Assembly: GCA_050014435.1 (NCBI GenBank) | Contig: JBEKDI010000058.1 | Span: 134-64,133, forward strand | Source: Verrucomicrobiota bacterium | GTDB taxonomy: Bacteria; Verrucomicrobiota; Verrucomicrobiia; Limisphaerales; Palsa-1400 | Direction: 5' to 3' | DNA: 64,000 nucleotides | Shown here: in pieces, positions 7,804-15,236 of the stretch | How the letters are laid out: each line of letters begins with the position of its first letter | How positions within the stretch are numbered: position 1 is the stretch's first letter | Notes under the pieces: model-generated | Database searches by the model: none | What the model was told of the DNA's origin: nothing | Seen by the model: only the letters and a program-made list of their open reading frames with translations | Translations under genes and position numbers: made by a program

Positions 7804-8121
7804 CTATCTGGTTGCCGGTGTGGGGCGTTGTTTAAGGCGCGCCAACTGGAGATTCTCCGCGGTTCCGGGCCTTAAGCGGGCCCGGGTGATATTGGCGCCG
7901 CGTTGGGAAGCGCACGCCTGTGCGGCGGACAGCGGACAGCCGGTTGGCCGGAGGGACAGGCCATAATGCTCGGATCGGACGAGCACCACACGCGCGGGAC
8001 GCGTGCGCTTCCAAAAAGCGTTTTCGTCGAAATCGTTGAAAACCGGATCGGGCAGACATCGTCTGATGACCGGACAGAATTGCACGCTGTGCCATCGTCG
8101 AATTTTGAGTTGTTTTTTCAT
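7804..8121 (-). CDS. Hypothetical ORF (uncertain)
   Basis: 105 aa with moderately coding-like codon usage. The 3' part is paralogous to 9135-9234. It competes with an overlapping 154-aa ORF that looks non-coding. Confidence 0.25.
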   Translation of the reverse strand: MKKQLKIRRWHSVQFCPVIRRCLPDPVFNDFDENAFWKRTRPARVVLVRSEHYGLSLRPTGCPLSAAQACASQRGANITRARLRPGTAENLQLARLKQRPTPATR

Positions 8122-8207
8122 GGTGCTTCTTCCTTTTGTGCGAGCTTGCGCAGGTCTTGTTTAAATCCTCTTCATGGTTGTGTTTTTCAAAAATCGTCTT
8201 GAGAACT

Positions 8208-8531
8208 TCAATAGGGAAAGTTGCCGTTGCATTTGGCCCAGATGACGTAAAGGGCAAAGAAAAAGCCAACGAAAATGAAGACCAAAAAACTCCCAATCCC
8301 GAACATCTCCCAAGCGAAGCGATTAGCTCTATTGGATGGCGACCCCGTTGCCCGTTCCTGCTCCACTAGGTGTCGCTCCGAATGATCCGTCACTCGACGG
8401 TTCCCTTGAGAGGGTTCAGCGGAGGGGGGTGAGTTCAAATTGCCGTTGTCAAGGACGGACGGCCGGGATCTCGAAAATCCCACACCGAATTCGGGCTCAT
8501 TCGTTCTGAAGATATGTTTCATGTTGGTCAT
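8208..8531 (-). CDS. Hypothetical protein with a C-terminal transmembrane helix
   Basis: 107 aa, downstream of and co-directional with the DUF883 gene. It carries a hydrophobic C-terminal segment (FGIGSFLVFIFVGFFFALYVIW). Confidence 0.4.
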   Translation of the reverse strand: MTNMKHIFRTNEPEFGVGFSRSRPSVLDNGNLNSPPSAEPSQGNRRVTDHSERHLVEQERATGSPSNRANRFAWEMFGIGSFLVFIFVGFFFALYVIWAKCNGNFPY

Positions 8532-8626
8532 TAATGGCTGCTCGGATATTCAACCCCGGTCTGTCCGGCTTCGGGGCCGGCCGGACAGACCTGTCTGATG
8601 GTTCGTCCTCGCGGGCCGCATGAGGG

Positions 8627-8923
8627 TTAACGGCGGCGTCCCACGAGTATGCCGATGAGCAACCCGACGCCACAGGCGATGCCAATGGACTGATAAGGAT
8701 GCTCGCGGATAGCGTGATCCGTGGTCTGTGCCGCTTTCACGGTTTTCTCTTTCAGTCGGCCGTAAGTGGCTTTGGCTGACTCCAGGGCTGAGGCCAAACG
8801 GCTGCGCACTTCCTTTATGTTTTCGCTGCCTGCATCCGCAGTGGCCTTGAGTAGCTCTTCCGCGTCGCGCAGAACCAGGTTGAGGTCGCTGGTCAATTTT
8901 TCATTTGCTTCAAATGATGTCAT
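8627..8923 (-). CDS. ElaB/YqjD/DUF883-family membrane-anchored protein
   Basis: 98 aa with a helical N-terminal part, then ...HPYQSIGIACGVGLLIGILVGRRR, the typical DUF883 C-terminal anchor. Confidence 0.85.
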   Translation of the reverse strand: MTSFEANEKLTSDLNLVLRDAEELLKATADAGSENIKEVRSRLASALESAKATYGRLKEKTVKAAQTTDHAIREHPYQSIGIACGVGLLIGILVGRRR

Positions 8924-9245
8924 ATCGTTTCTTCCTTTGTTTTGCTTTTCGTACTTTTTCCCATGTCATCACTGCTTAATCAGGATTCGTGCCAAGGCAA
9001 TGGACTCGACGTAAGACACTCATTTGCAATAAGATAATGCTTTTTGTCAGGATTCTTAGGTGTTTCGGGATTTTGAAAGTTCGAATTTCCGTGTTATCAA
9101 CGATTGAATATTCGCCGCACTCATGACCAGATATGTGTTTAAGGAGTGTCAACTGGAAATCCTCCGCGGTTCTTGCCCTGCGCAAGCCGATAAGTTCTTC
9201 TGAGTCGCAATGCTCCGTTTGGGATCCGACGGAGGGAATGGGAAT

Positions 9246-9471
9246 TCGGCGGTTAGAAAGTAGGTATGAGCCCGCAAGAAAGCTCCACCTCTGCCTTAAG
9301 CGTCCTGGCTCCGCTCGGCGGTAGCATTCCAAGCTTTATACAGCCCTGGGCATCCCCGCCTCTGATGTGCTGGACAGTCTCCAGAACCTCTTCCGTATCG
9401 GAACCGCCATAGGGTTCGGCGGCCAGTAATCGTAGGGCTTGAAAGTGGTAGGTCTGGTCTTTAGCTCACAT
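9246..9471 (-). pseudogene. Alpha/beta-hydrolase (FrsA/DUF1100-like) N-terminal remnant with multiple frameshifts
   Basis: Three frames successively give QALRLLAAEPYGGSDTEEVLETVQHIRGGD, then YKAWNATAERS, then SFLAGSYLLSNRR. These match the conserved N-terminal helices of this family (from memory). ATG-TGA lies at the 5' end and no catalytic domain follows. Confidence 0.45.
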
Positions 9472-9505
9472 GTATGTCTCCTTTGTAAACACAAGTCGAC
9501 TTTCG

Positions 9506-10633
9506 TTAATTACGCTCATGTTCATGTGTTGGCAGATCATTTCGTGGATTGTGGCGGCGCAGGCCTTCCGCCACGGCGTGGAGGCTGACGAGATTGGTGG
9601 AGGGCTGGGCCAAGCCGCCCAATCTGTTGTTCAGGAAACTCGCCCCCAAGATAACGTTGTTGGAGCAAGAGGCGTCGTTGACATGAAAGGCTTTCCCGCC
9701 GCAATCACTGACCACCAGGTTTTCAAAATTGTTGCCGATGCATTGGGTGTCGGGACAGAGCATCCAGCCCCTGGCGGTGTCAGCGGTGGCTTGTGCCATG
9801 AAAACCCCGTCATGATGACTGTTGGAAATGATCAGGCTGTGAAACGAATTGTCCCGGGAGTCGCGCATGAAAATGCCCAGATCGTTGCGCGCCAATACCG
9901 CATTGGTGATGGAATTATGGCTGAAGTCGAGGTCCAATGACAGGCCCGCCGCCAGATTGTCATGCAGACGCAGGTTGTCAAAGCGGCTTTCTTCGGTCTG
10001 GTAACAGGCCAGGCCGTCGAATTGATTGTCGTAGGAATCAAAATCGTTGACGTGGAGGCGACGGACGTCGGCGGCGACCAGGCCGCCGGAGCGGCAATGG
10101 CAACAGACGACATGTTCGACCTCAACATCGGCCGCGTTCCAGATTTGCACGCCATTGCTGTTAAATTCGGAGCCGTCACCGGCTGATCGCCAAAACTCCA
10201 GTCTTTGGTTCCTGCGGTTTCCGTCAATCATCACGTCCGCCAATCGCAGGTGCGAGGCGCGATGATTTGTTTTGGTCATGGGCGGCCCGAGAATCACCAC
10301 CGGGCAATCAGCCCCGTCCGCCAGCCGCAGGATGGTGGCCGGCCCGCTGCCGCGCAACGTTTCATAATCGTGCCGCAACAGAAGCGGCTGGGAGATTGCA
10401 TAGGTTCCGGCGCTGAGAACCACTCCGCCGTTGGCTGGCAGGGCGTCGAGCGCCTTTTGGATGTCCACGCCGCTGGAATTGGCGGGCAACATGACAATGA
10501 CCGGAGGCGCTCCGAACGAAGGATGGCAGATCATCCCCTGCGCCAGCAGCAGTGAAGCGAAGAGTCCGCTTCGGGAACTTGATTTTATGAGGTTGCACTG
10601 CGGCATATATAACCTTTTGATCCTATCGTTCAA
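9506..10633 (-). CDS. Secreted right-handed parallel beta-helix (PbH1) repeat protein
   Basis: 375 aa with a signal-like N-terminus. It shows repeated ~22-aa units with the N/D-x-hydrophobic pattern typical of pectate-lyase-fold proteins (NAADVEVEHVV..., VRRLHVNDF..., SRFDNLRLHDN..., SHNSITNAVLARN...). Confidence 0.8.
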   Translation of the reverse strand: MNDRIKRLYMPQCNLIKSSSRSGLFASLLLAQGMICHPSFGAPPVIVMLPANSSGVDIQKALDALPANGGVVLSAGTYAISQPLLLRHDYETLRGSGPATILRLADGADCPVVILGPPMTKTNHRASHLRLADVMIDGNRRNQRLEFWRSAGDGSEFNSNGVQIWNAADVEVEHVVCCHCRSGGLVAADVRRLHVNDFDSYDNQFDGLACYQTEESRFDNLRLHDNLAAGLSLDLDFSHNSITNAVLARNDLGIFMRDSRDNSFHSLIISNSHHDGVFMAQATADTARGWMLCPDTQCIGNNFENLVVSDCGGKAFHVNDASCSNNVILGASFLNNRLGGLAQPSTNLVSLHAVAEGLRRHNPRNDLPTHEHERN

Positions 10634-10634
10634 C

Positions 10635-10974
10635 CTAGCTTATAACATTTAAAGGATGGTGCTGGCTAAGATTGGGTGGTCGCTTTGAACTACGTTTGAG
10701 AATTGCGCAACCGAGGTATGCTCCAACGGGGGCCAGGAGTAGCACCAAAGCGATAACGCCCAGCTTTCCCAGGAATCCAACCACCTGCTCCAAATGGTGG
10801 TGGAATGAGAATCTCAATACGACATACACGGCGGCATGAAAAATCGAGCTGAAAGAATCCACTAGCAAGAAACCATTGCGCCGCCGGGAACGGCAGTCCA
10901 CTCTGTTCCGCAAAAACCGCGAGGAAAAGAACCAATCCGCCATGCGACAATAGGAATTGGTTTAATTGGTTCAT
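10635..10974 (-). pseudogene. DedA-family membrane protein remnant (frameshifted and shortened)
   Basis: MNQLNQFLLSHGGLVLFLAVFAEQSGLPFPAAQWFLASG matches the DedA N-terminus. The reading then continues in another frame with TM-like sequence. The total span of ~113 codons compares with ~200 expected. Confidence 0.45.
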
Positions 10975-11121
10975 ATCTTCCTCCTCCGCTTTGGCGGCAC
11001 TTTGGAGTCTGATGGCGGCCTTTGGTCCGGACTTCTGGCAGGCTGATCGTGCCAGGCAAGCGTGAATAGGACCGTCAACACTACTGTTATGGCGAGCGAG
11101 GTGCTCATAGGCGGCGATTAT

Positions 11122-11787
11122 TTACTTGTTCGTCGTGAGCGCGGTGGCGGATTTGTTCCAAGGTGAACGACGAAGATCCGAGGCGATCTCAGCAAAAATC
11201 CCGCCAAACGCTTGATTCCAGCCCTCCATTAGCGCGGCGGCGCTTGGTGCGGTAATGGGTATGCTGCGCGAATACTCCTGTTGAAGAATTGGTTTTGTCG
11301 GCACGCCGTTGGTGGCTTCAAAGAACACCAGGTGCATTGTCACGACGGCGCACGGGTGCCTTGACCGTTGAAAGTCTCCATAGAGCTCGGTCACGCTGAT
11401 TTCAACGACGGTATTAGGTTTGAGGACGCTGCCGGCATCCACGACGTCGCTGAAGCCGCCGGTTCGACGCAGCCATCCGCGCACAGGCGCGATCATCTCT
11501 TCCTCTGGCGGGTCCAAGAATTCCGCGTAGGGATCGCGCACGTAGGAAAACTCGCCTGTGCGATAGACCAGCGACCGCCCATCGAATGGCGGGACGATCC
11601 GCAGGTGTCTAATGCCCAGCACACGGTCGCCGGGGACAGCGCTGCCAGAGGCGCTTGTCGGCGCGCCAAAGGTGAAGGTTTGTTTGTGCAAAGGAGGTTT
11701 GGACAAGCAGCCACACAACGCCAGGACGGTGGCAAGCATGGCCAAAATACTCACGATTGAGCGAGGAAAGGCAGGTGAAGTCTTCAT
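11122..11787 (-). CDS. ABC-transport auxiliary lipoprotein (PqiC/YmbA, DUF330-like)
   Basis: 221 aa with a lipobox (LALCGC). It sits immediately after the MlaD/MCE gene. Confidence 0.75.
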   Translation of the reverse strand: MKTSPAFPRSIVSILAMLATVLALCGCLSKPPLHKQTFTFGAPTSASGSAVPGDRVLGIRHLRIVPPFDGRSLVYRTGEFSYVRDPYAEFLDPPEEEMIAPVRGWLRRTGGFSDVVDAGSVLKPNTVVEISVTELYGDFQRSRHPCAVVTMHLVFFEATNGVPTKPILQQEYSRSIPITAPSAAALMEGWNQAFGGIFAEIASDLRRSPWNKSATALTTNK

Positions 11788-11809
11788 AGCGTTGACTCGT
11801 AGTAGGAGG

Positions 11810-12781
11810 TCATTGTTTTGCCGATGGTTGAACGTTCTTTATTGGGACAGGGGGTTTGCCGAGAATGAAGCCAGAGGGGTACTGTTTCAGCTCGAATAAA
11901 ACATCGTCCGCCTCGCGCAACGTGCGCGGAGCGCTCTCCAGTGTTTGATTCAAAGCGTCGAAATCAAAGTTCGCCAAGCCGGGTTGGAGACTCTTAACGG
12001 TCTCTTGAAGCTGTCCAACAAGTCCGTCGGCATCCTGGCTTAATTTCTCGAGTTTCATCTTGGCGAGGGTGTCTTCGGTGTGATTGAGGAATAATTGGAG
12101 TTTTGCGTTGCTGCTCCGTACTTCCGCCAACAGCGCAGTGGCATTGGTGCCCAAGCTTTCCAAATCTATCCGCTCGACGTGGCCTAATATGCGGCCAACA
12201 GATTTTAGGTCGGTAACAGCCAAATCATTCAGGGCGGTCACATCAAGCCGATCCATCTTGTGCAACATCCCGCGCATGGAAACGAGCAAATCTCCCAATA
12301 AACCAGGCGCCGAGGGGATATAAGTATGCCGCGGCGTCCACGCAACCTGCAGTGGCGGGTTCTCAGCCGGGTTCAGAAACTCCAGCGACAAAATGCAGGT
12401 GCCGGTGACCCCTAGCGCCTTGGGACAAGCGCGCAAACCATGTTCAATGGCCTTCTGGAGCCGCTCGTTGCGCTCCGTGCCTGGCGGCAAAATGGAGACA
12501 CCATCATTCATCTCGAAGACGACCACGACATAACCCGGCGAGGCATCCTGATATTCGTTCCAGGAAAAACCAATGCTCGTGACTTTGCCGACGCGCACGC
12601 CTCGAAGTTCAACGGCCGAACCGACCGAAAGTCCGCTCACATCGGTGGTGACATAGGTTTCGAACGTGCTCGACTTTTTAAGGTTGCTCCACACGCCGAA
12701 AACCAGCAGGCCAGTCGCGACAAGGCCCACGCCAAGGAAGGTAAAAAGGCCGATTTTGAAATTGTTTATTTTTGTACTCAT
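11810..12781 (-). CDS. mlaD: MlaD/MCE-domain substrate-binding protein
   Basis: 323 aa with an N-terminal TM helix, then an MCE domain (GLSVGSAVELRGVRVGKVTSI) and a long helical C-terminus. Confidence 0.85.
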   Translation of the reverse strand: MSTKINNFKIGLFTFLGVGLVATGLLVFGVWSNLKKSSTFETYVTTDVSGLSVGSAVELRGVRVGKVTSIGFSWNEYQDASPGYVVVVFEMNDGVSILPPGTERNERLQKAIEHGLRACPKALGVTGTCILSLEFLNPAENPPLQVAWTPRHTYIPSAPGLLGDLLVSMRGMLHKMDRLDVTALNDLAVTDLKSVGRILGHVERIDLESLGTNATALLAEVRSSNAKLQLFLNHTEDTLAKMKLEKLSQDADGLVGQLQETVKSLQPGLANFDFDALNQTLESAPRTLREADDVLFELKQYPSGFILGKPPVPIKNVQPSAKQ

Positions 12782-12787
12782 AAGTAT

Positions 12788-13570
12788 CTAGCTAGGCTCC
12801 AGGGAGTGACTAGGATCAGGTTGACGGTTGAAGAAACGGCGAACCCACGGGTCGGCAGCCTTATCCCTGAGTTCGTCGGGCTTTCCTTCGGCGATGATCC
12901 CCTTGGCGCGGGAGCCAAGCATCACAACACGGTCGGCGATGGAGTAAATGCTGGGCAACTCATGGCTCACAATCACGAAGGTAAAGCCGAAGTGGTGCAG
13001 GCTTGTAATCAAGAGATCGATTCCGGCAGAAGTAATCGGGTCCAGTCCGGCGGACGGTTCGTCCAGGAACAGAATTCTGGGATCCAGCGCCATGGCGCGG
13101 GCGATGGCCGCGCGTTTCTGCATGCCGCCACTCAATTCGGCAGGCATCTTGTCCGCGGCGGCGCCCAGTCCCACCAGCTTCAGCCTGGCTAAAGCAGCCA
13201 CTTCCTTCAACGGATCCGGCAAATCGGAGAACTCATCCAGCGGCAGCCGCACGTTCTCGAGGACCGTAATGGAGCCGAACAGCGCGCCACTCTGATACAT
13301 CACGCCAAATTTGCGCAACAGCGCCAGCCTTTCTTTGCCCTCCGCAGTCACCAGGTTGCCCCCTTCGATCCACACCTCTCCGGACAAGGGCGGATAAAGC
13401 CCGATCATTGCCTTCAGCAGGGTGCTTTTGCCTGAACCCGATGCGCCCAAGATCACGAATACTTCGCCGCGCCTGACTTGAAAGTTTACGTTCTGAAGAA
13501 TGACGTTGTCTTCATAACCGACAGTCAAGTCTTTGACGGAAATCGCGATGTCGGCAGGCGCATTCATCAT
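12788..13570 (-). CDS. mlaF: ABC transporter ATP-binding protein (MlaF-type)
   Basis: Walker A GASGSGKST, signature LSGGMQKR and Walker B ILFLDEP are present. The start at 13570 overlaps the mlaE stop (ATGA). The longer listed ORF runs into mlaE. Confidence 0.9.
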   Translation of the reverse strand: MMNAPADIAISVKDLTVGYEDNVILQNVNFQVRRGEVFVILGASGSGKSTLLKAMIGLYPPLSGEVWIEGGNLVTAEGKERLALLRKFGVMYQSGALFGSITVLENVRLPLDEFSDLPDPLKEVAALARLKLVGLGAAADKMPAELSGGMQKRAAIARAMALDPRILFLDEPSAGLDPITSAGIDLLITSLHHFGFTFVIVSHELPSIYSIADRVVMLGSRAKGIIAEGKPDELRDKAADPWVRRFFNRQPDPSHSLEPS

Positions 13571-14706
13571 TTGAGAAGGAAAGAAATTGCGGAAAAGAAG
13601 GCATCCGCCACGATGATGAGCAGCAGGCTGGTTACGACTGCCCGCGTGGTCGAAAGGCCGACGGCACTGGGTCCCTGTTGGGTGCGCAGGCCGTGCCAGC
13701 AACCGACCGCCGAGACAATGACACCAAAGACGGCACTCTTGGAGATGCCGGCCCCGAGATCGTTCAAGTGAACGCTGGATGCCAATTGGTGTAATATAAG
13801 TGGAAGCGTAAAACCCAGTCCCAGCATGACGATTACGCCGCCGATCACTCCCATGAGGATCGAGTAAAATGTGAGCAGCGGTGTCACAAAAACTCCCGCC
13901 AGGATTCGCGGCACCACCAAAAAGGGGATGGGATCCAGTCCGAAGGTCTTCAATGCATTGAGTTCCTCATTGACTTTCATGGTGCCGATCTCGGCGGCGA
14001 ATGAGGAACCTGACCGGCCTGCCAGCAGAATGGCCGTCATGAGCGGCCCCATGTCGCGAACCATCACCACCATGATGGTGTTGGCAACGTAGAGTTGTGC
14101 GCCAAATTCGGCCAGGCGCCGGGCCGACTCAAAGGCGATAATGAATCCCAGGAGCAAGCTCATAAGCGAAACGATCGGTACGGCGTTGGCGCCCGCCAAC
14201 TCAACGATGCGGCGTGTCTCCGTCCAGCGGCTTCGTTTGGGGTGGAAAATGCTGGCGGGCAGGCTGGCGATGATAGTTCCCAAAAAGACCATTTGCTCGT
14301 GGAATTCCATGGTCACTTGCCCGACCCACCGGCCAATTCTCTCCACGTAAGAGTCGCGCTTGATCGCCGAGTGCGGGTGGAACGCTTCGTGGTCGTTGGA
14401 AGTGAGTTCCCGGAGTATTTTCTCATGATCAGCTTCCAACCCAAACACCGAGACGGTCGCCTGTGGCGTCATGCTTCCCATGTTGAGGTAGAGGAGCAAA
14501 CTCATACCTGCGGCGTCGCAGAAGCCGAGGCCGCTGACATCCACTTGGAGCGTCTCAACTTTCGTCCCTAGCAATTCCTTTTCCAGAAGGCCCCAGCAAC
14601 CCACGACTGTCTGCTCATTCAGGCGGCCACGAAGAACCACGCGAGCCCGACCGTCGGGCCTCACTTCCACGTCGGTTTCCAGTTCGTTTTGCGTTGCGAT
14701 CGTCAT
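13567..14706 (-). CDS. mlaE: MlaE-type ABC permease with an N-terminal STAS (MlaB-like) domain
   Basis: The start at 14706 (MTIATQNE...) lies downstream of the Trx-like stop. The first ~100 aa look like a STAS/anti-sigma-antagonist fold (RVVLRGRLNEQTV...LQVDVSGLGFCDAAGMSLL). The rest is a typical MlaE permease. Confidence 0.85.
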   Translation of the reverse strand: MTIATQNELETDVEVRPDGRARVVLRGRLNEQTVVGCWGLLEKELLGTKVETLQVDVSGLGFCDAAGMSLLLYLNMGSMTPQATVSVFGLEADHEKILRELTSNDHEAFHPHSAIKRDSYVERIGRWVGQVTMEFHEQMVFLGTIIASLPASIFHPKRSRWTETRRIVELAGANAVPIVSLMSLLLGFIIAFESARRLAEFGAQLYVANTIMVVMVRDMGPLMTAILLAGRSGSSFAAEIGTMKVNEELNALKTFGLDPIPFLVVPRILAGVFVTPLLTFYSILMGVIGGVIVMLGLGFTLPLILHQLASSVHLNDLGAGISKSAVFGVIVSAVGCWHGLRTQQGPSAVGLSTTRAVVTSLLLIIVADAFFSAISFLLK

Positions 14707-14728
14707 GACAAGTTTTGATTGATAGGGC

Positions 14729-15088
14729 TTACTGGAGAAAAGGTTGAAGTTTGGCCAAAATGGCCTCCTTGGTCGCGGTGCCAACGATGCGCAAGCAAGG
14801 ATTGCCTCGGACAAAACAGAGCAGCGTTGGAACCGATTGGATCTCGTACCAGAGACTAACGTCGAGACTGTCATCCGCGTTGACTTTGACCACTTTAATC
14901 TTTCCCGCGCAGGCGCCGGCTAGTTCTCGAAGCACAGAATCGAAGACCTGGCATGGCCGGCTCCAAGGCGCCCAGAACTCGACAAGGACCGGTTGGGTCG
15001 ATTCCAAGACTTTCGCCTTGAAATCCTTGGCTGTGATTGAGAGCAGTGCTCCGTTTTGCGTGTTCATATTTTCGGGTTCGTTAAACAT
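14729..15088 (-). CDS. Thioredoxin-fold protein with non-canonical WSRPC active site
   Basis: PVLVEFWAPWSRPCQ....KIKVVKVNADD....Y.IQSVPTLL.F aligns with the classical Trx fold. The first active-site Cys is replaced by Ser (codon AGC). The start is uncertain (15088, 15067 or 15163). Confidence 0.75.
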   Translation of the reverse strand: MFNEPENMNTQNGALLSITAKDFKAKVLESTQPVLVEFWAPWSRPCQVFDSVLRELAGACAGKIKVVKVNADDSLDVSLWYEIQSVPTLLCFVRGNPCLRIVGTATKEAILAKLQPFLQ

Positions 15089-15236
15089 CACCAAGCTCTT
15101 ATGCACAGACTGTGCCACCGGTGGGGACAAAAACGTAACGCGCTCAGTGACATGGTATTGCACACCGACTGGCGAGTTTCCGCCGGGGTCAGAAAATTGA
15201 AGGACCCGAAAAATCGTGTGGCGTTCGCGGGCGGTT

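Noticed and set aside
7828-7865. Possible relationship of the 7828/9135 repeat to the activator HTH-coding 3' end (..AANWKISG..).
   Set aside because: Only ~12-14 nt match (CAACTGGAAA.TC), and in a different reading frame. This is far weaker than the clear remnant at 59258-59400, so I do not claim homology.
7832-8296. A 154-aa minus-strand ORF overlapping the 105-aa ORF at 7804-8121.
   Set aside because: Its translation is Ser/Arg/Pro/His-rich without hydrophobic periodicity. It spans two differently composed segments, so it is probably non-coding.
11037-11056. TGGCACGATCAGCCTGCC on the minus strand upstream of the DedA remnant, resembling a sigma-54 -24 element.
   Set aside because: No GC dinucleotide lies at the required distance from the GG; candidates are 2 nt too near or 2 nt too far. 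Sigma-54 promoters tolerate almost no spacing change.
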